Assembly: GCA_030432615.1 (NCBI GenBank)
Contig: JAUIGT010000001.1
Span: forward strand, 1-54,637
Length of the DNA: 54,637 bases
Direction of reading: 5' to 3'
Source of the DNA: Verrucomicrobiia bacterium
GTDB lineage: Bacteria > Verrucomicrobiota > Verrucomicrobiia > Verrucomicrobiales > DEV007
Position numbers and translations under genes: made by a program
Shown: positions 17,876 through 28,720 of the stretch, piece after piece
Layout: every line of letters starts with the position of its first letter
How positions within the stretch are numbered: the stretch's first letter is position 1
The notes under the pieces: model-generated
Told to the model about the DNA's origin: nothing
The model's input: the letters and a program-made list of their open reading frames with translations, nothing else
Database searches by the model: none

Positions 17876-19945
17876 TTACTGGATGAACAGGAATTCGGGG
17901 CTGTTGATGAGCGCCCAGGCGAGATCCCGGATACCGTCATCCCCATAGTCTTCGAGCATCTTCATTCCCATGCTCAGCTCTTCGTCGTTGGGATAGCGGG
18001 ACAGCATGGTGAAGAAAACACCGCGAACCTTGTCGTCCGGACCGTCGAGATCATCGAGGTCGTCCACGACCTTCGAGGAACTGCCGGTCAGCATGGAGGT
18101 CACGCCGCCGTTCATGAGGGCCAGAACCTGCGGAACGGAACCGTCGAAATTGTGTTCGTCGGTGATCCGCCGGTCGGACTGACCGAAGGTATCCAGCAGG
18201 GAGGAAGCGGGAGCCGGCTGCGCCATTTCCGAGGCGCGCAGCCCGTCGTTCCGGGCAGAGGAGGCGGCCAGCGAACCCGGCTCCGCGACCACGGCCGCAC
18301 CGAGGCGGTCACCACCACGGAGCTGCTTGTAGGCCTCGAAACGTTCCCAGACGGACTCGGGAGACTCCTCGTTGAGATTCACGTTGAGCACCGCGCGGAT
18401 GAAGGAACCATCCCGACCGCGCCGGCTGTCGATTTCCGGTCCCTCGGAGAGCAGCATGAGCGAATCCCAGGCCTGCTCAGCCCGCATCCGGCGAAGAACC
18501 GGTCCCGGGAAGTAGTAGGCGTCGGCCAGGCTCGGCTCCTCGTAGGTCGCAACCGACTGGTAGGCGCGGGTGTTGTAAAGGATGCGCATGAACTCGCGGA
18601 GATCGAATTTCACCCGTTTCATCTCGTTGGTGATGTGAGCCAACGTCTGGGGCTGCGAGCATCGTTCGATGGTATCCTGGGAGAAGTCGTGGACCGGACC
18701 GACCAAGGGACGCCCGAAGGCGCGGTCCCACATCCGGTTCGCAATCACCATGGCAAAACGCGGGTTTTCCGGATCCGTCAGCCATCCGGCCAGCGCCTCC
18801 CGGCGAGTCATGCCGCTGGTCTTGGCGGGCTTGCCCACGATCGTGCCGGGGCGGAACACCTTGCCGATCATGCTTTCGTACTCCTCGGAAATACTGGCCG
18901 GGACCGGCATTTCCTTCCCTTCGACGTCGGTGACGTTCCAGCCGAGGAAATCGATGTACCAGCGAAGGGTCTGACCGTCGCCGCGTTGGCGGTTTTCGAC
19001 ATCGACGCCCTTCGACTTGGCCAACTCGCGAAATTCATCGATCCAACCCTCGGGCGCATTCGGCATCTTCGCCGTCAGCATTCCCATGGCATCGGCGGCC
19101 TGGTAGCGGCCCAGGGTGCGCTGGGTGTTGTTGAAGAACGCCGCCATCGAGTAGAAGTCATCCATCGTCCATTCATCGAACGGGTGGTCGTGACACTGGG
19201 CGCAGGAAACGTCGATCCCCAGCATCACCTGGCCGAAGTTCGAGAAGGCATCGAACTCCATCCCGGCGTCGCGAAGGATGAAACCGGAGGCGGGATTCTG
19301 GCCCACATTTCCGGTCGCAGTGATCATCTCGGTGACGATCTCGGCGTAGGTCTTGTTTTCCGCCAGCGAGTCCTTCCACCACTGGATGTAGGGCTCCATG
19401 CGGATGCCGTTGTTGAAATCGTCATCGGCGTGAAGCCGGAACATGTCCGCGAAATAGTTGAACAGGTGGCTCGCCTGGCCCGGATGCATCAGCAACTCGT
19501 CGATCAGGGCCTCGCGCTTGTCGGGGCGGGCGCTGTCGGCGAAACGCTGGAACTCCTCGCGGGTCGGGATGCGACCGATGATGTCCAGGTAGACGCGGCG
19601 AACGAAGAGATCGTCCGGCAGCGGATCGTTGAACGAGCTGTAGCCGTTCTTCACCAGAGTCTGCGCCAGCAACTGGTCGATTCTCTTCGCCGACTGCTTG
19701 GTCAGGGTGTCGTCGCCGAGGACGGCGAATCGTTCCGCAGCCTCGACATCGGCCGGAATCAGGCGGTCCTTGGGCACGGCAACCACGCGACCGTCGGCGA
19801 GCTTGAGCATGATGTTGTCGCCCTCGATACCTTCGAAGACGGCCTGCAGTTTGCGGCCGTCGTCCTTGCTGGTCCATTCCCGGGCCGTGCCCGTAGTGAC
19901 CATGGCGGAAACGGCCAGCACCAGCATGAGTCCGATTCGGGTCAT
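17876..19945 (-). CDS. DUF1549/DUF1553 (PSD1) domain protein with an N-terminal SHD1-like module
   Basis: I prefer the ATG at 19945 (MTRIGLMLVLAVSAMV signal peptide); the track ORF starts at a TTG at 20002. Motifs RRVYLDIIGRIPT (DUF1549) and CAQCHDHPFDEW (DUF1553). The gene pair with DUF1501 is typical of PVC genomes. Confidence 0.85.
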   Translation of the reverse strand: MTRIGLMLVLAVSAMVTTGTAREWTSKDDGRKLQAVFEGIEGDNIMLKLADGRVVAVPKDRLIPADVEAAERFAVLGDDTLTKQSAKRIDQLLAQTLVKNGYSSFNDPLPDDLFVRRVYLDIIGRIPTREEFQRFADSARPDKREALIDELLMHPGQASHLFNYFADMFRLHADDDFNNGIRMEPYIQWWKDSLAENKTYAEIVTEMITATGNVGQNPASGFILRDAGMEFDAFSNFGQVMLGIDVSCAQCHDHPFDEWTMDDFYSMAAFFNNTQRTLGRYQAADAMGMLTAKMPNAPEGWIDEFRELAKSKGVDVENRQRGDGQTLRWYIDFLGWNVTDVEGKEMPVPASISEEYESMIGKVFRPGTIVGKPAKTSGMTRREALAGWLTDPENPRFAMVIANRMWDRAFGRPLVGPVHDFSQDTIERCSQPQTLAHITNEMKRVKFDLREFMRILYNTRAYQSVATYEEPSLADAYYFPGPVLRRMRAEQAWDSLMLLSEGPEIDSRRGRDGSFIRAVLNVNLNEESPESVWERFEAYKQLRGGDRLGAAVVAEPGSLAASSARNDGLRASEMAQPAPASSLLDTFGQSDRRITDEHNFDGSVPQVLALMNGGVTSMLTGSSSKVVDDLDDLDGPDDKVRGVFFTMLSRYPNDEELSMGMKMLEDYGDDGIRDLAWALINSPEFLFIQ

Positions 19946-20226
19946 GGTTGGTAGAAGTTGATTCAAATGCATGAGGTTTGGTGGGTTGATAGAGAGACTC
20001 AAAAGGGTATATCCCGACCCTGCGGGTTTGTGACAAGAAAATAGCGGATCGCGCGACCCGGTGGCAAGTACAATCCCGCGGCCCCCGGGCCGGCAAAAAA
20101 ACGCGCCCGGTTCGCGCCCGCCCGAATCGCTTCGTCCTTGAACCGGGCCGCAATCGCCCCTAAAGGAAGGGCGCCCAGCCCCCGGGACCGATTCGTTTCA
20201 CTCCAAAAGACCAGATCCCGTTTCCC

Positions 20227-22209
20227 ATGGACAACGCCATTCTTTCCCAAGCCGCCAACGAAGCCCGCGGGCTCGCCATCGACGCCGTTCACGCCTGCAG
20301 TTCCGGCCACCTCGGACTGCCGCTCGGATCCGCGGAAATCGGCGCCGTTCTCTTCGGCGAAGCGATGCGCTTCGATCCCGACGCTCCCAAGTGGCTCAAC
20401 CGCGACCGCTTCATCCTGTCCGCCGGCCACGGCAGCATGTTTCTCTATGGGTGGCTCCACCTTTCCGGCTTCGACCTTTCCATCGAGGAGATCAGGAATT
20501 TCCGCCAGCTCCACAGCAAGACACCCGGCCACCCCGAGTTCCACGAAACGCCCGGCGTCGAAGCCACCACCGGCCCGCTCGGACAAGGCATCGGCAACGG
20601 CGTCGGTTACGCGCTTTCCTCGAAAATGGCGGCCGCCAAGTTCAATACCGCCGACCACACCATCATCGACAGTCATGTCGTCGTCCTCGCCGGAGACGGC
20701 TGCATGCAGGAAGGCGTCGCCGCCGAGGCCGCCGCGTTCGCCGGTCACGTCGGGCTCGACAACCTGATCCTTTTCTACGATTCCAACGACGTCACCCTCG
20801 ATGCCATGGCCGAGGTCACCCAGAGCGCCGATACCTGCGCCCGATTCGCCGCCCTCGGCTGGGACACCGTGACGATCGACGGCCACGACCTCGACGCTGT
20901 GCTCGAGGCCTTTGAAAACGCGAAGAAGAGCGACAACGGCAAGCCCAAACTCATCGAGTGCAAGACCGAGATCGGCCGCGGCATTCCCGAGGTCGCCGGC
21001 ACCGCCGCCGGTCACGGGGAAGGCGGCGCCAAGTTCGCCGAATCCGCCCGCAAGGGACTGGGCCTGCCCGAGGAAACCTTCTTCGTCTCCGACGCGGTCC
21101 GCGACTACTTCGCCGAGAGGAAAGAGGCGCGGAAAGCCGATCACGCCGCGTGGCAGGAAACCTTCCAGGCCTGGCAGGCCGCCAACCCCGAGCTCGCCAA
21201 ACTGCTGGAGAGCGGTCTCTCGCTCGAGGTTCCCGGCGACCTGCTCGACCGGGTTCCCGAATTCGGCAACGACTACGCCGATGCCACCCGTAGCGCCGGC
21301 GGGACCGTGCTCAACGCCATCGCCGACGCCATGCCCCTGCTCGTCACCGGCAGCGCCGACCTCTTCGGCTCCACCAAGAACTACCTGAAATCCAGCGGCG
21401 ACCTGGGCCGCGACGATTTCGGCCAGCGCAACATCTGGTACGGCATCCGCGAGCACGCCATGGGCGCCATCTGCAACGGCATCGCCTACGACGGCCTCTT
21501 CCGCACCACCGGCGCGACCTTCACGGTCTTCGCCGATTACCTGCGCCCCTCGATTCGTCTCGCCGCCCTGTCGCATCTGCCCGTCGGCTACATTTTCACC
21601 CACGACTCCGTCGGCGTCGGCGAAGACGGCCCCACCCACCAACCGGTGGAAACCGTCAGCGGCCTGCGCGTGATTCCGAATCTCGACGTCATCCGCCCGG
21701 GCGATCCCGAGGAAGTCGCCGGTGCCTTCGTCGCCGCCGTGGAACGGACCGACGGACCCACCGCCCTCATCTTGACCCGGCAAAAAGTCGCCACCCAGGG
21801 ACAGATTCCCGTCAAGGATCGTCGCGAAGGCGTCTTCCGCGGCGGCTACGTCGCCGTCCGCGAAACCGCGGAACTCGAGGTCATCCTCCTGGCCAGCGGC
21901 AGCGAACTCGATCTCGCCATCAAGGCCGCCGAACAACTCGGCGCCGGCGCCCGGGTCGTCTCCATGCCCTGCATGGAGCGCTTCGATCGCCAGCCCGACG
22001 AATACCGGGAGAGCGTCCTGCCCTCCACCTGCCGCAAGCGCGTCGCCATCGAAGCCGGCGTCGGCTGCCCCTGGCACCGGTACGTCGGTCTCGACGGCAA
22101 GGTCATCGGCATCGAGCGCTTCGGCCTCAGCGCCCCCGCCCCGATCGTCTTCGAACAACTCGGCATCACCACCGAAAACGTGGTCGAAACAGCGAAGTCG
22201 CTGGGCTGA
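20227..22209 (+). CDS. tkt: Transketolase
   Basis: 660 aa. [22 protein letters not shown] and [18 protein letters not shown] motifs. Confidence 0.95.
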   Translation: MDNAILSQAANEARGLAIDAVHACSSGHLGLPLGSAEIGAVLFGEAMRFDPDAPKWLNRDRFILSAGHGSMFLYGWLHLSGFDLSIEEIRNFRQLHSKTPGHPEFHETPGVEATTGPLGQGIGNGVGYALSSKMAAAKFNTADHTIIDSHVVVLAGDGCMQEGVAAEAAAFAGHVGLDNLILFYDSNDVTLDAMAEVTQSADTCARFAALGWDTVTIDGHDLDAVLEAFENAKKSDNGKPKLIECKTEIGRGIPEVAGTAAGHGEGGAKFAESARKGLGLPEETFFVSDAVRDYFAERKEARKADHAAWQETFQAWQAANPELAKLLESGLSLEVPGDLLDRVPEFGNDYADATRSAGGTVLNAIADAMPLLVTGSADLFGSTKNYLKSSGDLGRDDFGQRNIWYGIREHAMGAICNGIAYDGLFRTTGATFTVFADYLRPSIRLAALSHLPVGYIFTHDSVGVGEDGPTHQPVETVSGLRVIPNLDVIRPGDPEEVAGAFVAAVERTDGPTALILTRQKVATQGQIPVKDRREGVFRGGYVAVRETAELEVILLASGSELDLAIKAAEQLGAGARVVSMPCMERFDRQPDEYRESVLPSTCRKRVAIEAGVGCPWHRYVGLDGKVIGIERFGLSAPAPIVFEQLGITTENVVETAKSLG

Positions 22210-22252
22210 ATCGGACGTCGCGCCGGTTCGGGGAGCCCCTCCAATCAACGCA

Positions 22253-22281
22253 ACCCTGTCAGGTCGCGAACCTGACAGGGT
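22253..22281. terminator. 12-bp perfect hairpin between the convergent tkt and LysM-protein genes
   Basis: accctgtcaggt-cgcga-acctgacagggt. There is no clear U-tract on either side, so its function as a bidirectional terminator is inferred from position only. Confidence 0.5.
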
Positions 22282-22292
22282 CGAGTGGCCGA

Positions 22293-25115
22293 TCACTTGT
22301 CGGCGGCTTTCTCGCGGCACGTCCGGATGGTTTCGCGGAGCTGCTCGAGTCTATAGTTCAAGAGTTCGGGATAGAATTCCGGGTGTTTCTTCTTGAGCGC
22401 CGAGAAGATCGTTTGCGACTTCTGGAAAATCTCCAGCGCTTCGGCGCCTCGTCCCGCTTCATTCGCCTCCTGCCCCTCCTTGAGAAGACTGTAGGCGACA
22501 AACCAGAGTTTCGATGGATCGGCGTCGCTCCATGGCTCCGCATCCGATTCCAGGGAAACCGCTCCCCGAAATCGGACGGTGTCCGAATCCTTTCCGAACT
22601 CGAAATGCACGCCAGCCAAGGCGGCGGTGTAGCGAATCGCATCGATCAACGGGACGTTGGAAAGGCGGAGGGTGATCGGAGTCCTGGCGATTTCCTCGTT
22701 GACCTCGAGAATGAAATCGAGCCCGCCTTCGCCGTCGGGTGATTTCCGGTCGTGGGTGGCGCTTTCGACCCGCAGGAAACCCAGCGCATCCTTCAGCGGC
22801 GTTTTCTCGAATTCGACCCGGGGCAGGACAATCTCCTCCGCCTTCCGCTTCGCCGAGGAATCCGGTCGATCCCAGGTCGGCAACTCGACGAGAGGAGGCC
22901 CGGGTGGCTGGACCCGGATCGGCACGATGAGGCGATCGCCGATGGCGAGGTCGTCGTTCGCCGACCGATTGATGATGCGGAGCCGCCGTGGGCTGGTGCC
23001 GTAGCGACGAGCGACGCTGTAGTAGGTTTCGCCGCGGACCACGTCGTGCAGCACGAGCCGTTCGTCGGCGGCGATTTCGAAGGCGGCGTGATAACCCTCC
23101 GGTTCGGGTTCCGGGAAAAGGCTGGGAGCGGGCGACTGTGGCAGCCCTTTTCCGCGAGCCTTTTCCAGCCATCTCTGGTAGGCCTCTCTTCGCTGCCCGG
23201 TGATCTCGTGTTCCGGCAACAGTCGCAAGCTCTCGGCGAAATTCTCGGCGGCAGCATCCAAATCGCCATCCGCCATGAGTTGGGAGCCGCGAAGAGCGAG
23301 TTCGTCCGCTTTCCTGACGGCATTCTGCTGGGCGGTGGTGAGGTGTCCGGGTGCCGCCGGTTCGGAGGGCGCCGGAGATCGGGGAGGTTCGGATTCCATC
23401 CGCCGGGCCGAAGCGGGATCGATCAAATTCGCCGTGAGAAATACGACCCGCGCCCGTTTCCCGTCTTCCGCCGGATAGGAATACGCGATCGTCTGCCCAT
23501 CCCAGATCGTCACCGGGAAACCCGGCGAATCTCCTTCCAAGATCTTCCGGGGCCACTGATCGTCCGGCTTCAGCCGCCAGAACTGCACTTCGATGGTGTA
23601 TTCGTCTCCTCCGACGACTCCGCGAAACCCCCAGCGTTTTTCGTTGTGCTGGCTCAAGACGGGCTGGCCGGATCGAGCCGATACCGAAGGCGCGGAAACA
23701 ATCTCCGTCCCCTTCTCATGATTCAGGTTCCTGATGATGACCTGAAACTGGGGATCGGTGAAAACCCCGGCGATGCCATGAATCGAAGCCGAATTTCCCG
23801 CTCTTCGATCGCTCAGCAAGTCACCCATCTTGCTGTTTTGAGGATCCAATTCGACTTCCTTGATCGAGTAATGGATCTGCTTCCGGGTGGAGAGCGGATC
23901 CTCCCACTGTTGCGCCGCGGCCCGGATCAATTCGATCTCGGCATCGGTGCCGCGCACGAAAAGGGTCTCGCTGGCCGGGTTGTGGATCGCCCGCGAGGAC
24001 GCCCCGAGGAAGATTCCAAATCGCTCCAGCGTTTTCCGGGCATCTTTCACCTTTGGGTTGGAGGGATCGTCGGTGGGAAAGCCGGGAACCGCAAAAACCC
24101 GCGCTTGAAGGTTGGGTGACGGTTCCTTCACCGGCATTCCGGCAGCGTCCACAACCGAGGCGGTGACGAGGCGGGTGCGGTAGGTGCCGTCGGCGAGTTT
24201 TTCCTCGAAAGCGACCGTCTGTTCGGACGACAGGGTGATCTGGCGACTCGCGGCCGCCGTTGCCTTCCGGTCCGGCCTGCCATTCTTCAGCTCGAGATTC
24301 AGATCGACGGTGAAACTGTCGGCGCCGATCACGGGATCGATTTCGGTGAGGGCGTCGGCGACCCACATTTCCCAGCGTTGCCCCGATCGAGTGAGAAGAG
24401 AATCCGATTGGCGAATGCGTCCCCGCTTCGATCCTCGAATCTCTCCGAGAAACGACTCCAGATCTTCCGCCGTGAAGATGGACAATCCCTCCAAGGCGAG
24501 GGCGGGAATCGGCGACCGCGGCGCGGCCGGTGCTTCCCCCACCCGACGCAGACCGGAATCCGGATCGATGGCGCGGTCCTTTCCCTTTCCGACCAATTCC
24601 GACGATGGTTCGAGGAGCCGTTCGTCGCTCTCGATGATGCGATATTGGAGATGAACAAAAAGACTGACGACGTCGCGCAGGCTCTCGATCACCGCCTCGA
24701 CCAGTTCCATCTGGTCGCGCGTCTGCCGCACGATCACCTGAGAGGTCTGGGGATTGAAGGCGGCGGAACTCCCCTCGCCAAAGCTGACTCCGTAGGACTC
24801 GAGGACGTCCCGCGCACTTGCTCTACGGCTTAGGGGACCAAACTCATCGTCCGCATCGGAGGGAGCCGCGAAGGGATCGGAAGGCGGGACGTAGCCGCGA
24901 TCGCCGCGAAAGTTCAGGAAGGTGGGCGGCACCACGTAGACGTTGGTAAACAGCTCCGGCCTCGCGTTGCTCTGTGGAGTTGGCTGCTGCTGCGGCCCTT
25001 CCTCCCGAGCGGCTTCGGCGAAACGGCTTCCCCAAAGAAGTCCGACCAGGGTGACAGCAACGAGCACCCATCGGCCCGCCGCCCCGACTGATGTAGGCGT
25101 TTTTCCGTGTTTCAT
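22293..25115 (-). CDS. Large secreted/anchored protein with two tandem PVC-type secretin-like modules, a LysM domain, an STN-like module and a TPR-like tail
   Basis: 940 aa with an N-terminal anchor WVLVAVTLVGLLWG. Two repeats each carry an N-domain-like segment (SQVIVRQTRDQMELVEAVIESL and ETLFVRGTDAEIELIRAAAQQW) followed by a secretin-core-like segment (LLTRSGQRWEMWV...LVTASVVDAAG and FTDPQFQVIIRNLNHEKGTEIVSAPSVSARSGQP...VVFLTANLIDPAS). LysM: HDVVRGETYYSVARRYGTSPRRLRIINRSANDDLAIGDRLIVP. Confidence 0.65.
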   Translation of the reverse strand: MKHGKTPTSVGAAGRWVLVAVTLVGLLWGSRFAEAAREEGPQQQPTPQSNARPELFTNVYVVPPTFLNFRGDRGYVPPSDPFAAPSDADDEFGPLSRRASARDVLESYGVSFGEGSSAAFNPQTSQVIVRQTRDQMELVEAVIESLRDVVSLFVHLQYRIIESDERLLEPSSELVGKGKDRAIDPDSGLRRVGEAPAAPRSPIPALALEGLSIFTAEDLESFLGEIRGSKRGRIRQSDSLLTRSGQRWEMWVADALTEIDPVIGADSFTVDLNLELKNGRPDRKATAAASRQITLSSEQTVAFEEKLADGTYRTRLVTASVVDAAGMPVKEPSPNLQARVFAVPGFPTDDPSNPKVKDARKTLERFGIFLGASSRAIHNPASETLFVRGTDAEIELIRAAAQQWEDPLSTRKQIHYSIKEVELDPQNSKMGDLLSDRRAGNSASIHGIAGVFTDPQFQVIIRNLNHEKGTEIVSAPSVSARSGQPVLSQHNEKRWGFRGVVGGDEYTIEVQFWRLKPDDQWPRKILEGDSPGFPVTIWDGQTIAYSYPAEDGKRARVVFLTANLIDPASARRMESEPPRSPAPSEPAAPGHLTTAQQNAVRKADELALRGSQLMADGDLDAAAENFAESLRLLPEHEITGQRREAYQRWLEKARGKGLPQSPAPSLFPEPEPEGYHAAFEIAADERLVLHDVVRGETYYSVARRYGTSPRRLRIINRSANDDLAIGDRLIVPIRVQPPGPPLVELPTWDRPDSSAKRKAEEIVLPRVEFEKTPLKDALGFLRVESATHDRKSPDGEGGLDFILEVNEEIARTPITLRLSNVPLIDAIRYTAALAGVHFEFGKDSDTVRFRGAVSLESDAEPWSDADPSKLWFVAYSLLKEGQEANEAGRGAEALEIFQKSQTIFSALKKKHPEFYPELLNYRLEQLRETIRTCREKAADK

Positions 25116-25346
25116 GTTTCCCTCTCCCCGCGGTGTTTCGACGGGCTGATTCCGTGACGGTTGCGCGGAGAACTTTCTTAGATGGGAAGTTCGGATTTCT
25201 CTGAAAACCCTCCCGCCGCGTTTCCTCCCTTCCTCGTCCCGTCATCCCGCCAGAAAAACATTCGGCAGTTTTCCGGCTTTCTGGTATTCGTGCGGGCTCA
25301 TTCGCCGAACCCCCGTTCTTTCGCCCTTTCCGACTCCGATCCCACC

Positions 25347-26636
25347 ATGAGCGACAACGCACTCTCCGACAATCAGCCCTGGTACAAGGGAATTTCCCGC
25401 TACGAATGGCTCGTCCTGATCATCGCTTCGGCCGGCTGGATCTTCGATGTCTACGAGGGGCAGATCTTCAACCTGACGCGGAACGACATGCTCAGCGACA
25501 TCCTGGGGCAGGAACTCGGGAGCGCCGACGTCAAGAAATACGGGGACTGGTTCCTCGGGGTGTTCCTGCTCGGGGGCACCTTCGGCGGTCTCCTGTTCGG
25601 ATCGCTGGCGGATCGCTACGGACGGCGATCCATCATGATCGTGACGATCCTCATGTATTCGGTCTTCTCCGGACTGACCTATTTTGCCAGCGAACTCTGG
25701 CACGTCACCGCGCTCCGTTTCCTGGTGGCGATGGGCGTCGGTGGTGAATGGGCGGTGGCCGCCGCGCTGGTGTCCGAGGTTTTCCCGAAACGGGCCCGGG
25801 CGCATGCCTCGAGCATCTTTCACGCCTCGTCCGTGTGCGGCACCTGGTTGGCCGCCATTGCCGCCTACCTGGTGAACACCAACTGGCACTACGCCTACCT
25901 CGTCGGCGTGCTGCCGGCGCTGCTCATCGTCTGGGTCCGGGTCGCCGTGAAGGAGCCGAAGAAGTGGGAGGAAGCCCGGGCCGCCGTCGCCGCGGGACAG
26001 GCCAAGGCCGGCAGCTTCAAGGAACTGCTCACGGTGGCACCTTGGCGCGGACGGGCCATCGGGGCGATGCTGCTCGCCGCGGTGGGCCTGGGAACTTTCT
26101 GGGCGGTCACGGTGGCGGGACAGGATCTCGCCCGCGAACGGCTCATCGCCGACGGACTTTCCCCCGAGGAAGCCTCGCAGAAAGCGAAGATCGCCTACGG
26201 TATCATCCAGACCATCGGGGGCGGCATCGGGCTGGTGCTCTTCGGTCCCATCTCCGCCCGGATCGGGCGGAAGAAGACTTTCATCCTCTTCCACATCGCC
26301 GCGCTCATCATCACCCCGATCGCCTGTTTCGTTCCCCAGAGCTACGGAACGCTGTTGGTGGTTTTGCCGATCTTCGGCTTTTTCACTCTCGGCATGCACG
26401 CGGGCTACGCGGTCTATTTTCCGGAACTGTTTCCGAACCGTCTCCGCGCGACCGGGATGAGCTGGGGATTCAACGGCGGGCGCATCGTCGCCGTTTCCGT
26501 TCTCCTCCTGGCCGGCAAGATGAAAGCGACGATGGAACTGCCCGTCGCGGTCACCTATCTCAGCGCCTTCTTCCTGGTCGGCGCCATCGTGGTCTCGTTC
26601 ATGCCGGAAACCAAGGACGAGGAGCTTCCGGAGTGA
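25347..26636 (+). CDS. MFS transporter
   Basis: I prefer ATG 25347 (429 aa). Twelve hydrophobic segments and the MFS loop motif GSLADRYGRRSIM. Confidence 0.85.
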   Translation: MSDNALSDNQPWYKGISRYEWLVLIIASAGWIFDVYEGQIFNLTRNDMLSDILGQELGSADVKKYGDWFLGVFLLGGTFGGLLFGSLADRYGRRSIMIVTILMYSVFSGLTYFASELWHVTALRFLVAMGVGGEWAVAAALVSEVFPKRARAHASSIFHASSVCGTWLAAIAAYLVNTNWHYAYLVGVLPALLIVWVRVAVKEPKKWEEARAAVAAGQAKAGSFKELLTVAPWRGRAIGAMLLAAVGLGTFWAVTVAGQDLARERLIADGLSPEEASQKAKIAYGIIQTIGGGIGLVLFGPISARIGRKKTFILFHIAALIITPIACFVPQSYGTLLVVLPIFGFFTLGMHAGYAVYFPELFPNRLRATGMSWGFNGGRIVAVSVLLLAGKMKATMELPVAVTYLSAFFLVGAIVVSFMPETKDEELPE

Positions 26637-26694
26637 TTCCTTTCGTCCGACCCGATGGCCCCCGGGTCCGGGAGGGCGGCTCTCTTCCCGGCTG

Positions 26695-27429
26695 ATGCCT
26701 CCGGAATCCATCGCCGCCGCCGTCCTCATCCTGTCGGCGGCGGCTTTCGTGCAGTCGGTCTCCGGCTTCGGCATGGCGCTGGTGGCGTCGGCGGCCCTGC
26801 CGCTGGTGATGCCGTTGCATGAGGGCATCGCCCTGGTGGCGGTCTTCAATCTCTTCGTCTGCGTGGTCACGCTCTGGCACAACCGGGCGGCCTTCTCGTG
26901 GTCGTCGGCCTGGCCGATCGCGCTCTTCATGTGCCTGGGGATCCCGATCGGTTTCTTCTTCCTCCACAGCGCCGACCCGGCCATCCTCATCCGCGTCCTC
27001 GGGGCGGTCCTGGTGACGATCGCGATCTTCGACCTGCGTTTCTCGCCGAAGGCCGATCACCACCGCATGCCCGGCTGGGCGGCGGCGCCGCTCGGTTTGC
27101 TGGGCGGCGTGGTTGGCGGCGCCTTCAATGTCGGCGGCCCGCCGGTGGTCGCCTATGTCTACTCGCAGAATTGGGAAAAAGCACGCAACGTGGCCGTGTT
27201 GCAGACGGTTTTTCTCTGCGGCGGCCTGACCCGCAACGCGCTCATGGGGCCGGCCGGGGACTACACCCGGCAACTGTTCCTCGTCCTGGCCTGGTCGGCG
27301 ATCCCGGCGGCGCTCTCCATCGCCCTCGGAAAATGGCTGCTGGAAAAGATCCCCAAGCAGCGACTGCGAACCGGTGTCTTTCTCTTCGTCCTCGCGATGG
27401 GCGTGAAGTACCTGGTGCTGGGCGGATAG
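26695..27429 (+). CDS. TauE/SafE (TSUP) family anion exporter
   Basis: 244 aa polytopic protein. FVQSVSGFGMALV and GGVVGGAFNVGGPPVV motifs. Confidence 0.8.
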   Translation: MPPESIAAAVLILSAAAFVQSVSGFGMALVASAALPLVMPLHEGIALVAVFNLFVCVVTLWHNRAAFSWSSAWPIALFMCLGIPIGFFFLHSADPAILIRVLGAVLVTIAIFDLRFSPKADHHRMPGWAAAPLGLLGGVVGGAFNVGGPPVVAYVYSQNWEKARNVAVLQTVFLCGGLTRNALMGPAGDYTRQLFLVLAWSAIPAALSIALGKWLLEKIPKQRLRTGVFLFVLAMGVKYLVLGG

Positions 27430-27451
27430 GGCTTTTTCCCGCGCGGGCCGC

Positions 27452-28720
27452 CTACTCCACGGATCCGGCCACCGGGCGCGGCACTCGGTTCAACCGTTCG
27501 AACAGGGGCTTCAGGGTCAGGCCCTGCACGGCGATGGAGAAAATCACCACGATGTAGGTCATGACGAGAAAGGTCTCTCGACCCGCTTCGACCGGCAGGG
27601 ACAACGCCAAGGCAACGGAGATTCCCCCGCGCAATCCTCCCCAGGTGAGCATGGGAATGGCTCCCTGGCTGAAGCCGCGGAAGGGTCTCAGCACCGTCAA
27701 GGGAACGGACACCGCCACGAGACGTCCGAGGAGAACGACGACGATGGTGAGGAGCCCGAGCAGCACCAGGTTGACGGTGAAAGCCTCCTCGATCAGCAAC
27801 AGTTCCAGCCCGATGAGCGCGAAGAGCAGGGCGTTCAACACCTCATCGACCAGTTCCCAGAAGAGGTCGAGATGGTGGCGGGTCTGGTCCGACATCGCCA
27901 GGGCCCTTCCGTGGTTCCCGATCATGAGGCCGCTGACCACCATCGCCAGCGGCCCGGACAGATGCCAGTGGGTCGCCAGGCTGTAGCCTCCGGTCACCAG
28001 CGCGAGCGTGATCAACACCTCGACCTGGTAGTTGTCGATGTTCCTCATCAGGAGGTAGGCCACGTAACCGGTGACCGCCCCGAAGGCGATTCCGCCGACG
28101 ACTTCCACGAGAAAGAGGTGCCCGATGTGCGCCGCGGTCGGTTCCTGGTGACCGGTCGCGATCTCGAGCAGGACGAGAAAGACGACCACGCCGATGCCGT
28201 CGTTGAAGAGCGATTCCCCGGTGATCTTGGTCTCGAGGCTCTTGGAGACTCCCGCCTTCTTCAGGATACCGAGCACAGCCACCGGGTCGGTCGGCGAAAT
28301 CAGGGCGCCGAACAGGAGGCAGGGTAGGAAGGCCATCTCCAGGCCGAAGAACGGCATCAGGAAATACACCGCCGCCCCGACGATGAAGGTCGAGATCAGA
28401 ACCCCGGCGGTGGCCATCAGGCTGATGACCCATTTCTGGTTGGAGAGATCGGACAGGTCGACGTGCAGCGCTCCCGCGAACAGCAGGTAGCTCAACATCA
28501 CATCGAGCAGCGCCTCGTTGAAATCGATCTGCCCGATGATGGTGTCGGCCATCCGCTCGACGGCCGGGAAAAACTGGCCCGCCAGGATCAGCAGCAGGGA
28601 GAAGCCCAGGCTGATCAGCATGATGCCGATCGTCGTCGGCAGTTTCAGCAACTTGGCATTCAGAAATCCCAGCAGGGCGGCCAGGGTGAGGAGGATGGCG
28701 GCGAGTTCGAAGATCGACAT
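27452..28720 (-). CDS. Na+/H+ antiporter (CPA1, NhaP type)
   Basis: 422 aa polytopic protein. ALISPTDPVAV and ESLFNDGIGVV motifs. Confidence 0.85.
   Translation of the reverse strand: MSIFELAAILLTLAALLGFLNAKLLKLPTTIGIMLISLGFSLLLILAGQFFPAVERMADTIIGQIDFNEALLDVMLSYLLFAGALHVDLSDLSNQKWVISLMATAGVLISTFIVGAAVYFLMPFFGLEMAFLPCLLFGALISPTDPVAVLGILKKAGVSKSLETKITGESLFNDGIGVVVFLVLLEIATGHQEPTAAHIGHLFLVEVVGGIAFGAVTGYVAYLLMRNIDNYQVEVLITLALVTGGYSLATHWHLSGPLAMVVSGLMIGNHGRALAMSDQTRHHLDLFWELVDEVLNALLFALIGLELLLIEEAFTVNLVLLGLLTIVVVLLGRLVAVSVPLTVLRPFRGFSQGAIPMLTWGGLRGGISVALALSLPVEAGRETFLVMTYIVVIFSIAVQGLTLKPLFERLNRVPRPVAGSVE

Noticed and set aside
22251-22264. 14-mer caaccctgtcaggt, shared between the tkt terminator hairpin and the region just upstream of the 44744 start codon (44728-44741), as a possible dispersed repeat
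   Set aside because: By rough estimate, several exact 14-mer matches are expected by chance in a window of this size and composition. The second site lacks the inverted partner. Only a whole-genome copy count could revive this.
19999-22320. 773-aa ORF antisense to transketolase, and similar very long ORFs (35732-39658 at 1308 aa, 30445-33063, 50464-52635, 43546-46845, 10691-12448, 18152-19954, 102-1184)
   Set aside because: These are shadow ORFs expected in high-GC DNA with GC-rich third codon positions. They have Arg/Gly/Ala/Pro-dominated low-complexity translations and no recognisable motifs, and each overlaps a gene with strong motif support. The 1308-aa ORF even spans four genes on both strands.
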